From Clostridia bacterium (lineage in GTDB: Bacteria; Bacillota; Clostridia; Oscillospirales; CAG-272): 64,000 bases of DNA. Within the stretch, counting starts at the first letter, position 1. Each line of letters begins with the position of its first letter. Below, in pieces: positions 54,497 through 62,807 of the stretch. The notes beneath the pieces were generated by a model. It was given only the letters and a program-made list of their open reading frames with translations, did no database searches and was not told where the DNA came from. Location: NCBI GenBank assembly GCA_017631325.1, contig JAGBTM010000008.1:33645-97644 (forward strand). The letters are read 5' to 3'. The position numbers and the translations under genes were made by a program.

Positions 54497-55932
54497 GTGA
54501 TAATATCGTCGAGCACATTTGCGCGCTCCTCGTCGTTTTCAGCCAGGTTATAAAACGCCTCGGCAAGTATCTCCCTGTCGGAAGAATCTGCGAGGGAGTA
54601 GGATATGTCGGAAGAATTTTCCAAACTTTTTTCGCCGAAAGTGTTGATTTTTTCTGCTGTATCGGATATAATAGTATTGGTAGCATTGCCGTCAAAAAAC
54701 GCTTCGGGCGTAGGTTGCGGGGAAGTTTTTTCTTCCATGTTCAACAGTTGACCTTTGCTACCCTTTTTATTTATATATGCACTTGTAATCCATATTCTTT
54801 TGTTAATACTATCAGGTACACATTCTGATACATATATTACTCCAGCAGGTGTAATCTTTTCAAGCTTTATTTCCAGCCCCCTCGTTCCATCGCTGTTATA
54901 AAACCTATCGGATTTTTTTACATTTCCTTCGCTATCTCTAATAAATTCGCCGGCCTCTGCATTTTGAGCCGCCCACGGAATTAAAATTTTGGCTTCGCGC
55001 GAAGCCATTGTTTTATCAGCTTTTTCGCTGTTTCCATGTCGCGCTTCTATATGTTCAGCACAAGTTCCATCTATCCAAAGTTCGTATCCTTCTGCCGAAA
55101 AATCTGGATTGATTCTTTTCATTAGGTTATTAATTATATTCGCGTGCCTTGTGGAAACAACTCCTATTTTTTTCTTTCGTTTTGCTCTCTTGGATTTGTC
55201 CAACATCTGATTAACATCATATATAAATTCAGCTACTTCTATTCCCTTATTATGCTCATCTTTAGATATCTTAACAAACACCTCCTGCAATCCTTCGTCA
55301 GCCAAAGAATAGCTAACATGCATATTTTTTTGATTTATGCTCGTTAGAGCCTCATTTTCTGCCTCTGTGGGCGTTTTATTATCCTCTGCGGCTGTTTGCT
55401 CACGGCTTTCCTTTTCGGCTCCCTTGACGTCGGAGTGTGCTATCGCAGACTCGTTTGCGGAGCGTAGCGCCTTAACGAACATATTTTCAAGCTTTCTTCG
55501 TTTCAGGAGCGCGCCCTCCTCGACTATTCTCTGCTCGACTGTTTTATTCGAGTATTTGCCTATCTTCTTTATCCTCTCGGCAATTCTATCAAAGAAGCCC
55601 TTTACAAGCTGCCATATTCTACCGAACAGTGAGCGGTGCCCGGAGTAGAGCTTATTCATAACGCGGCTACTGCCGAGTATTCTGCCAAGCGAATTACATA
55701 CGACCTCTTCTTCTGCCTTCTCCCAGGTGAACTCACCGAGCAATCTCTTATACTGCTCGTATCTAGTATTGACCGCCGCCTCCCAGCTGCCGTCGGTGTA
55801 GAAGTTCGTCTTTATAAACTCCTTCAGCTCCTCGAACTTTCGAGGGGCGTCTTTTTTTATTGCGTGGCCCACCTCGTGCGTCAAGGCTTCTTTGAGTGGA
55901 TAGTCACCAAATCGATATTTTGTACTATTTAT
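54463..55932 (-). pseudogene. 5'-truncated, 3'-frameshifted remnant of a phage/conjugative-element polyvalent protein (HExxH zincin module plus BECR-like nuclease module)
   Basis: The frame is open from the TGA at 55933-55935, with no ATG before ...DYPLKEALTHEVGHAI (HExxH). The central module contains WIDGTCAEHIEARHG. The linker ...ESAIAHSDVKGAEKE...NMHVSYSLAD recurs out of frame at the 3' end (KALRSANESAIAYSDVKVAEKE...NMHVSYSLVQYK*). No flanking mobile-element genes are present. Confidence 0.55.
55302..55473. repeat. 172-bp direct repeat, copy A
   Basis: This is the partner of 54325-54496, 977 bp away. It encodes the inter-module linker of the polyvalent-protein remnant. Confidence 0.85.
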
Positions 55933-56016
55933 TCAGTGTTACTAGAGTTATAAAAACATAGTATCCAGTTAACAATTTTGCAAATTTTGACATTTTTGGA
56001 AACATTACTACAAAAA

Positions 56017-56056
56017 AATTAATATTACTTAATTTTAATTAATAATACTTAATTTT
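56017..56056. repeat. Tandem 2 x 20-nt repeat directly upstream of the GT2 promoter
   Basis: AATTAATATTACTTAATTTT (56017-56036) and AATTAATAATACTTAATTTT (56037-56056) differ at one position. Confidence 0.85.
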
Positions 56057-56063
56057 CTGAATA

Positions 56064-56092
56064 TTGACTTCTTTTTTTGAGCGTGATATAAT
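56064..56092 (+). promoter_or_regulatory. Consensus promoter for the GT2-wecB operon
   Basis: TTGACT (56064-56069), a 17-nt spacer, then TATAAT (56087-56092) with TGa extended -10. A leader of about 125 nt runs to the ATG at 56224 and contains the nested hairpin GCTGTC...CAAAATC-aagc-GATTTT...GACAGC followed by TTTTG. Confidence 0.65.
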
Positions 56093-56223
56093 GCTGTCCG
56101 AGAGTTCAAAATCAAGCGATTTTCACACTGTTTGCGACAGCTTTTGCCGCTTGTACTGCCAACCTCAAATAGAGTATTAAACCACAACTTCAACGCATTC
56201 ATAAAGCAAAAAAGGAGAAAAAT

Positions 56224-57579
56224 ATGCAGACTGTTTTTGATACTATTTATTACATTCTTTTGTACCCCGCCCTGTTCTTTGCTTGCTATTATGCAGTTCT
56301 TGCTCTCGTTGGACTTTTCTTTCACAAGCAAAAGTATCCTATCGTAGAGGACAAGCTTAAATTTTGCATTTTCGTGCCGGCACATAATGAGGCGGACGTA
56401 ATTGCTGCAACGGTGAACAATCTCGCAAAAATCAAATACAATCCCGACTTATTCGACGTGTTCTTTATAGCCGATAACTGTACTGATAATACGGCGAAGA
56501 ACATTAAAGCAGCTATTTCAGAACTCAAAATCACAAATTTCCACTGCCTTGAGCGAAACGTAAACGACGCAAGCAAAAAAGGAAAGCCGCACGCTATGCG
56601 CTGGGGGATAGATTTGCTAGAAGCGAAGGACGAGTTCTACAACAAGTATGATATGTTCATGATTTTCGATGCAGATAACTTCGTTGATTCCGATATTCTG
56701 CAGGCCATGAACAGCCAATACTTAAACTATCCCGAGAAAAAGCGCCCTGTTATGATACAGGCGTATCTTGACAGCAAAAACAAAAACAGCCTCATAGCTC
56801 GCGGATATTTCGTTGCTTACAGATTTACCAACGGATTCTTGCAGCTGCCAAAGCACAAGCTCGGTCTCGTCCCCGGTATAGGCGGCACAGGATACTGTAT
56901 TTCTACCGCTTTTCTAAAAGAAATCGGCGGCTACAACTGCACGTCCTTGGTTGAGGACCTTGAGTTTGAAACAATCGCGACTCTTAAGGGCAAGTCGATA
57001 GCCTATAATCACAACGTAAGAATTTACGATGAGAAGCCTACGGGACTTGTTGCATCGGCTGTTCAAAAAACGCGCTGGTGCCAGGGACACTGGTATATAT
57101 TCTTTAAGTACTCCTGGCGACTCTTTTTCAAGATGCTAAATCCCAAGGAAATTAAATTCTTTTTCAAAAGACTTGATAACCTTATGCACGTTGCCGCGCT
57201 GTTCTTTATGGGCATTTCTATGCTTATCACGCTTCTGCCGCTTGTAGCGTATGCGTTTGGCATAAATATCAGCTTTTCTTTCGCAACCACGCTCAGCACT
57301 TGGATTTTCTACTTCTCTATCGCACTATTCCCCATCTCGTCACTGCTAGACGGACCTAAAAAGGAAAAGCAGCTTTTCCTTATCGAATTTATACCTAATA
57401 TGATTGCGAATTATATTGGTATATTCGTTTACTTTTACGCAAACGCCGTCGGTCTTTTCCAATGTAAGAATCAGACGGTGTGGAAGAAAACGGTTCACAA
57501 GGTTACTGCTATGACGACGGAAATTCCTTCAAGCAAGGTCAGAGAGCACAAAAAAGAAGCCAAAGAGGCTGTAAGATAA
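56224..57579 (+). CDS. Membrane-embedded processive family-2 glycosyltransferase (synthase type)
   Basis: The 451-aa product has an N-terminal TM, a GT-A domain with D-rich motifs (FIADNCTDNT, IFDADNF, VEDLEF), a QxxRW motif (QKTRWCQGHW) and about four C-terminal TM helices. Confidence 0.88.
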   Translation: MQTVFDTIYYILLYPALFFACYYAVLALVGLFFHKQKYPIVEDKLKFCIFVPAHNEADVIAATVNNLAKIKYNPDLFDVFFIADNCTDNTAKNIKAAISELKITNFHCLERNVNDASKKGKPHAMRWGIDLLEAKDEFYNKYDMFMIFDADNFVDSDILQAMNSQYLNYPEKKRPVMIQAYLDSKNKNSLIARGYFVAYRFTNGFLQLPKHKLGLVPGIGGTGYCISTAFLKEIGGYNCTSLVEDLEFETIATLKGKSIAYNHNVRIYDEKPTGLVASAVQKTRWCQGHWYIFFKYSWRLFFKMLNPKEIKFFFKRLDNLMHVAALFFMGISMLITLLPLVAYAFGINISFSFATTLSTWIFYFSIALFPISSLLDGPKKEKQLFLIEFIPNMIANYIGIFVYFYANAVGLFQCKNQTVWKKTVHKVTAMTTEIPSSKVREHKKEAKEAVR

Positions 57580-57650
57580 TCGCTCCAATGTGGTATATAA
57601 GCACAAAACAGACCAATAATAGCATTAAGGCTAAAATTAAAGGTGATATA

Positions 57651-58772
57651 ATGAAAAAAATTAAGATAATGACAGTCTTCGGCACTAGACCTGAGGCTAT
57701 AAAAATGTGTCCTCTCGTAAACGAGCTCAAATCGAGGACATGCTTTGACACCGTTGTATGTGTTACAGGACAGCACAAGGAGATGCTACAGCAGGTGCTT
57801 CACGCATTTAAGGTAGTGCCTGACTATGATCTTGCTCTTATGAAGCCTGAACAAACGCTCTTCGATATCACGTCGGCAATACTATCCAAAATCAAAGACG
57901 TTCTTAATAAGGAGCGCCCCGATCTCGTCCTCGTTCACGGCGATACCACAACGGCCTTCGCAAGCGCGCTCGCTTGCTTCTATATGCAGATACCGGTCGG
58001 ACACGTTGAAGCAGGACTTCGCACAAACGATATTTACAGTCCCTTCCCTGAGGAGTTTAACAGACAAGCTATATCTCTCGTTTCAAAATACAATTTTTCG
58101 CCAACGGAGCTTGCAAAAGAAAACCTTATTAAAGAAGGCAAATCAGAGAACACGATTTACATTACAGGAAACACCGGTATAGACGCGCTTCGAACAACGG
58201 TAAAGGACGGGTACACTCACAGCGAGCTGGAGTGGGCGAAGGGTTCAAGACTAATACTGATTACAGCACACCGCAGAGAGAATCTCGGCGAGCCTATGAG
58301 GGCGATGTTCCGCGCGATACGGAGAGTAATCGAGGAGCACGATGATATAAAGGCTATTTATCCAATTCACTTAAATCCAGCAGTCAGAGAAATCGCAGAC
58401 GAGGTCTTATCCGGTTGCGACAGAATACGCATTATTGAGCCACCCGCCGTGCTTGATTTTCATAATTTTATGAAGGCAAGCTATATGATTTTAACAGATT
58501 CCGGCGGAATACAGGAGGAAGCGCCTGCGCTGGGAAAGCCCGTTCTCGTAATGCGTGATACCACCGAGCGTCCGGAGGGCGTTAAGGCTGGCACTCTTAA
58601 GCTTGTAGGTACAGACGAGGACGTTATATATGAAAGCTTCAAGGAGCTGCTCGAAAGCGAGGAAAGCTACAAAAAAATGTCCGAAGCAACAAATCCTTAC
58701 GGCGACGGATATGCCTCGGTTAGAATAGCAAATATTCTTGAAGAAAATCTTGTAAAAAAAGAAAAACGATAA
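57651..58772 (+). CDS. wecB: UDP-N-acetylglucosamine 2-epimerase (non-hydrolysing)
   Basis: I place the start at the ATG at 57651 (MKKIKIMTVFGTRPEAIKM). The product has HGDTTT, HVEAGLRT and DSGGIQEEAP motifs. The track start at 57480 overlaps the GT2 gene. Confidence 0.95.
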   Translation: MKKIKIMTVFGTRPEAIKMCPLVNELKSRTCFDTVVCVTGQHKEMLQQVLHAFKVVPDYDLALMKPEQTLFDITSAILSKIKDVLNKERPDLVLVHGDTTTAFASALACFYMQIPVGHVEAGLRTNDIYSPFPEEFNRQAISLVSKYNFSPTELAKENLIKEGKSENTIYITGNTGIDALRTTVKDGYTHSELEWAKGSRLILITAHRRENLGEPMRAMFRAIRRVIEEHDDIKAIYPIHLNPAVREIADEVLSGCDRIRIIEPPAVLDFHNFMKASYMILTDSGGIQEEAPALGKPVLVMRDTTERPEGVKAGTLKLVGTDEDVIYESFKELLESEESYKKMSEATNPYGDGYASVRIANILEENLVKKEKR

Positions 58773-58774
58773 TT

Positions 58775-58808
58775 AAAATCGGGCAGAACTAATATTCTGC
58801 CCGATTTT
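58775..58808. terminator. Bidirectional intrinsic terminator between wecB and pfk
   Basis: AAAATCGGGCAGAA-ctaata-TTCTGCCCGATTTT forms a perfect 14-bp stem including the A and T flanks. Confidence 0.85.
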
Positions 58809-58886
58809 GTTACTATTTAAAAGTGAATTTCAATCGACGTTTATTATTATCGCGAGCTTAAATACAGGTAATCGCTTTCTCTATAA

Positions 58887-60113
58887 TCAAAGTACTATAT
58901 GACGTGGCATACCCGCCTCGTATACGGTATCTATTTCACCCATAATGAGAGGTGCGAGATAACGGATACAAGCCTCTGTTACACCGTTGCCCTCGTCGTT
59001 GATATATTCTGCCGGAACGCCCTTGACACCGTTTGCTATTCCCGATATGTCAGCCGAACCAAAGGTTACCGAATACTCCTCACCCTCTGCACGATCAATT
59101 GTCATCATAACACCGGTTTCGCCGTTTACGGCGCACTCTACCGCGTGCTTACCTACCGATACGGACTCTGTGATGTCAGTCTTTGAGGCAATATGAGCGG
59201 CAGCGCGCTGAGGCAGGTTAAGCTCTATTGAACGCGCCTTGCAGCCTATCTTCTCTTTTACAAGCTCCTCAAGAACCTTGCCTGCACCTGAGAGCGCAAC
59301 GTGGCCAAAGGCGTCAACCTTTCTTGCAGCCATACCCTCACCGACGTATCTGCCGTCTGCAAATCTGATACCCTCGGAGATAGCAACGAGAACTGCTGGG
59401 TGGTCCTTTTGAATTTCAACGATGTCATTAATAAACTTTTCCGGGTCGAATGTAGCCTCAGGAAGATAAATAAGGTCGGGTGCCTTTCCTCCCGAAATTT
59501 TAGGAAGAGCTGCAGCTGTGGTAAGCCAACCTGCATCGCGGCCCATAATCTCTACTATCGTTACGGCCTTAATCGTGTAAACCGAAACGTCACGAAGAAT
59601 TTCCTTTACTGTAGTAGCTACGTACTTACAAGCCGAGCCAAAGCCGGGAGTGTGGTCGGTTACCATAAGGTCGTTATCAACGGTCTTGGGAACACCGACA
59701 ACCTTCATATCGTAGTCGTGAGATGCGGCAAACTTTGAAAGCTTGGATACAGTATCCATTGAATCGTTGCCGCCTATGTAGAAGAAATAACGGATATCGT
59801 ACTTTTTGAATATCTCGATAAGTCTGTCGTAGGTTTCAGGGTCTGCCTCGGGAGACTTCATTTTCTTTCTGCAAGAGCCGAGCGCCGCAGAGGGTGTCTG
59901 CTCAAGTATTCTGAGATCCTCCTCATTCTTAAACGCCTCGGTAAGATTGATAAGGTTCTCGGCGAGAAAGCCCTCAATACCGTTGCGCATGCCGTATACC
60001 GTACCTATTACGTCCTTTGCAGCAAATGCGCCTCTGATTACACCGGAAAGTGTCGCGTTAATTGCCGCGGTAGGACCGCCTGACTGACCTATAATTGCAT
60101 TTCCGTACAACAT
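58887..60113 (-). CDS. PfkA-family 6-phosphofructokinase, long form; phosphoryl donor (ATP or PPi) not decidable here
   Basis: The 408-aa product has GQSGGPTAAINA, IGGNDSM, PKTVDNDL and MGRDAGW. Confidence 0.88.
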   Translation of the reverse strand: MLYGNAIIGQSGGPTAAINATLSGVIRGAFAAKDVIGTVYGMRNGIEGFLAENLINLTEAFKNEEDLRILEQTPSAALGSCRKKMKSPEADPETYDRLIEIFKKYDIRYFFYIGGNDSMDTVSKLSKFAASHDYDMKVVGVPKTVDNDLMVTDHTPGFGSACKYVATTVKEILRDVSVYTIKAVTIVEIMGRDAGWLTTAAALPKISGGKAPDLIYLPEATFDPEKFINDIVEIQKDHPAVLVAISEGIRFADGRYVGEGMAARKVDAFGHVALSGAGKVLEELVKEKIGCKARSIELNLPQRAAAHIASKTDITESVSVGKHAVECAVNGETGVMMTIDRAEGEEYSVTFGSADISGIANGVKGVPAEYINDEGNGVTEACIRYLAPLIMGEIDTVYEAGMPRHIVL

Positions 60114-60177
60114 TTTTATTCCTGCCTTTTAAACTATTTGGGCGCAATTAACTGTTCGTTTTTTTGCACCGCTTAAT

Positions 60178-60206
60178 ATTATACACCTTTTAGGTGGAAC
60201 TGTCAA
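60178..60206 (-). promoter_or_regulatory. Consensus promoter for pfk
   Basis: On the minus strand: TTGACA (60206-60201), a 17-nt spacer, then TATAAT (60183-60178). The -35 region is imperfectly duplicated 38 nt upstream (60198-60216 versus 60236-60253). Confidence 0.65.
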
Positions 60207-60261
60207 GGTAATTTTCCCCTATCTTTTAAGGACGCAACTTCAAGGTAATTCCCGATCACTC

Positions 60262-60843
60262 TTATACGGGTGCGTCAAAATAATTATCTGTCGCCTTTTC
60301 TTCATACAGCCTTGATAAATTCAAAAACTGAAGCATAGCCTTAAGATATTTTTCCTTCGCAAAGCGATAATCCAGAAAATAGGCGTGCTCGCACAAATCA
60401 AGAGCCAGACACACCCCACTCGGAATACTCGCTGAAAAATCAGAACATACCGTCACCCTTGGCGCGACCCCATCCCGTCCGATAAGCAAAAATCCGCCGT
60501 TCGCACTGCGTCCTATCTCATATAGCTCGTATAAGAAGCTCGGCTCGGATATGTAAAGCTCTTTAATTTTCGAGCACGTAGCAGGCCTCTCAGAAAACGA
60601 GGAAAAGTAGATTTTATGGCAAATTATCGAGTTAATTAAGGGCAGAATTTCATTTTTTATTTCCTGCTTTATTCTCATTCTATAAATTTCACATACGCTT
60701 TTCCCCTTGATTTCGGGTATGCTTTTTTCAAGTATCGAATATCTGAGCCTAAGCCCCTTCAGGTAGGAAAAATGGTCGGTAATATTTTCCTTTGTCAAAA
60801 ACAGCTCCAAAACAGACGTGTCCATATTCAACTCCTTTAACAC
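60262..60843 (-). CDS. Divergent Fe/Mn-superoxide-dismutase-family protein
   Basis: The 193-aa product has a C-terminal LALDLCEHAYFLDYRFAKEKYL, comparable to the SOD motif D-x-W-E-H-A-Y-Y-L-x-Y-x-N. Candidate N-domain His ligands are present (TDHFSYL, ICHKIYF). Confidence 0.6.
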   Translation of the reverse strand: MLKELNMDTSVLELFLTKENITDHFSYLKGLRLRYSILEKSIPEIKGKSVCEIYRMRIKQEIKNEILPLINSIICHKIYFSSFSERPATCSKIKELYISEPSFLYELYEIGRSANGGFLLIGRDGVAPRVTVCSDFSASIPSGVCLALDLCEHAYFLDYRFAKEKYLKAMLQFLNLSRLYEEKATDNYFDAPV

Positions 60844-60934
60844 TTAGCTTAAAGTAAGTATATTCACCGAGGGCGAATCAGTTGAAGAACTGTAAAAAAT
60901 ATATAACGAGAAGGTGCGAAAAATGATATAACGA

Positions 60935-60978
60935 AAAGCGAGGACAGTACTAAGTGTGCCCTCGCTTTGTTGTTTTGT
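60935..60978. terminator. Hairpin terminator in the hslO / SOD-like spacer
   Basis: AAAGCGAGG (60935-60943) pairs with CCTCGCTTT (60960-60968). T-rich tails flank it on both strands. Confidence 0.5.
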
Positions 60979-61044
60979 GTATAAAAAATCCGTCTAAATT
61001 CAAGAAAAAATCCATGCGGAATTAAAACGCACTCTATTTTTTTA

Positions 61045-61088
61045 ATACGGCCTACCCTAAATGAATATACGGCCTACCCTAAATGAAT
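61045..61088. repeat. Exact tandem duplication of a 22-nt unit abutting the hslO stop codon
   Basis: ATACGGCCTACCCTAAATGAAT occurs at 61045-61066 and again at 61067-61088. The hslO stop is at 61090-61092. Confidence 0.95.
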
Positions 61089-61089
61089 A

Positions 61090-61989
61090 TTAGCCGAGCA
61101 GTTGCTTTTCGTCAAAGGTGTACTCGGTATTGCAGAAACGACATACGGCACAAAGCTCGCGAGGCTTTCCCTCTGCTACCTGTTCGTCAAGCATTGATAA
61201 AATTTCCTTTTTACCAAGGCTCTTTACCTTCTTTTCCATTCTCTCGCGCGAGCAATCGCACTTGTAATCAACGGTAAGAGTATCAAACACGTCAAAGGGA
61301 ATATCGCGCATAGCGATATCGAGGATTTCCTCGTTTGTCATTCCTCTCTCAAAGTAACGGGAGATGTTAACGAGGTCCTGTGCGTTACGCTCTATAAGGT
61401 CAACGGTTTTTTCGTCCGGAAAAGGCATAAGCTGAATAAGAACGCCGCCAGCCGCAAGACAGGTATAATCAACGTCAACGAGAACTCCAAGCGAAAGAAC
61501 GGTGGGTATTTGCTCGCTCTTTGCAAAATAGGTTGCGATATCCTCAGCGATTTCACCGCTTACAAGCTCGATGGTGCCTATCTGCGGCTCGACGTTTCCA
61601 ACCGACTTGATAAATGATATAGTTCCCCTGCCTACCGCAGCTCCTACGTCGAGCTTGCCGTTAGGCTTTTTCGGGGGATTTGCCATAGGATTTTGTATAT
61701 AACCCTTGACGTTACCAAAGTAATCCCCCACTGCGATAAGCTTACCGCAAGGGCCGTCGCCCGATATACTTACAGTGACGGTATCACCGTTTTCCGGGAG
61801 CATCGTGCCTATCATTGACGCAGCGGTAAGCGTTCTGCCGAGCGCTGCCGAGGCCGTGGGCGTGGTGTGGTGATATTTTATCATATCGTCGACCATTTTT
61901 CTTGAATTTATAACTAAAACTCGGGCAGAACCGTCTCTTGTCATACCTCTCAAAATGGTTGCGGGTTCAATTTTTTTGTTTTCGTTCAT
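61090..61989 (-). CDS. hslO: Redox-regulated chaperone Hsp33
   Basis: The 299-aa product has the C-terminal zinc centre CxC...CxxC (YKCDCSRE...CAVCRFCNTEY). Confidence 0.95.
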   Translation of the reverse strand: MNENKKIEPATILRGMTRDGSARVLVINSRKMVDDMIKYHHTTPTASAALGRTLTAASMIGTMLPENGDTVTVSISGDGPCGKLIAVGDYFGNVKGYIQNPMANPPKKPNGKLDVGAAVGRGTISFIKSVGNVEPQIGTIELVSGEIAEDIATYFAKSEQIPTVLSLGVLVDVDYTCLAAGGVLIQLMPFPDEKTVDLIERNAQDLVNISRYFERGMTNEEILDIAMRDIPFDVFDTLTVDYKCDCSRERMEKKVKSLGKKEILSMLDEQVAEGKPRELCAVCRFCNTEYTFDEKQLLG

Positions 61990-62765
61990 TTTTCTTCTCC
62001 CTTTGGATAGGTTTTTGGCTTTATACAGCGAGCGACGAAATATATTCTCTCTGATTTATCGTCACCTCGGGTAAAATCAAAATCGGAGTAAGCGCCGACA
62101 GGCTCAAGCCCTGCTTTTATGAGAGCTTCTTCAATTTCCGTTACGGTATACATACGTTCACGCTGCTCCTCGTCAAATCTCTCGTATCCGCCCGTCGCGT
62201 TCTCCTTAAACAAGGTTATATAAAAATCACAGAGCTTGCTTTTTTTGTCATAAAAATTCTGCCAAACACAAAACGCTCCGTCCTCGTCCATAGCATAGGT
62301 TTTGTCAGCGTATATATTCTCAAATTTCGCGCGACCGTTTATATCGAATATAAAAAGTCCGTCAGGCGTGAGAAAATTATGCACAAGAGAAAAGCATTTT
62401 GAAAGCTCCCTTTTGGTCGTAAGGTGATTTATGCAGTCAAGGCAGCTTACGGCAAGGTCTACCGTGCCGTAAAGGTCAAGCTCGCACATATTCTGGCAAA
62501 GCCAGAGTATATCAAGCCCCTCTTGCTCTGCTTCGTACCGTGCAACACCGAGCATCTCGGGTGAGTAGTCAACGCCCGTCATATCATAACCACGAGAAGA
62601 TAGCTCACGTGTCATCTTCCCCGTTCCACAGCCTAAGTCAAGCACGAGCTCGGGAGTGAATTTAAGCTCTTTTTTTATTATTTTCTCGATAAAATCGGCC
62701 CAGCTTTTATAATCCACCTCACCGTTTATCGCATCATAAAATGGGGCTAAAAGGTCATAAATCAT
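61986..62765 (-). CDS. Class I SAM-dependent methyltransferase
   Basis: The 259-aa product has motif I VLDLGCGTGK. It overlaps hslO by 4 nt. Confidence 0.85.
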   Translation of the reverse strand: MIYDLLAPFYDAINGEVDYKSWADFIEKIIKKELKFTPELVLDLGCGTGKMTRELSSRGYDMTGVDYSPEMLGVARYEAEQEGLDILWLCQNMCELDLYGTVDLAVSCLDCINHLTTKRELSKCFSLVHNFLTPDGLFIFDINGRAKFENIYADKTYAMDEDGAFCVWQNFYDKKSKLCDFYITLFKENATGGYERFDEEQRERMYTVTEIEEALIKAGLEPVGAYSDFDFTRGDDKSERIYFVARCIKPKTYPKGEEK

Positions 62766-62807
62766 ACTAGTTTACGGCATTATTAAAATGCCTCTTTCTT
62801 AAATAGT

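Noticed and set aside
54100-56220. An intact prophage, ICE or defence island between metK and the GT2 gene.
   Set aside because: It contains only one truncated, frameshifted gene. There is no integrase, recombinase, relaxase, capsid, terminase, tRNA attachment site or recognisable defence gene. I classify it as a relic.
56035-56385. A 116-aa minus-strand ORF overlapping the GT2 promoter and 5' end.
   Set aside because: It spans an AT-rich promoter and leader region and the start of a well-supported plus-strand gene. It has low-complexity Lys/Asn/Ile-rich composition and no SD.
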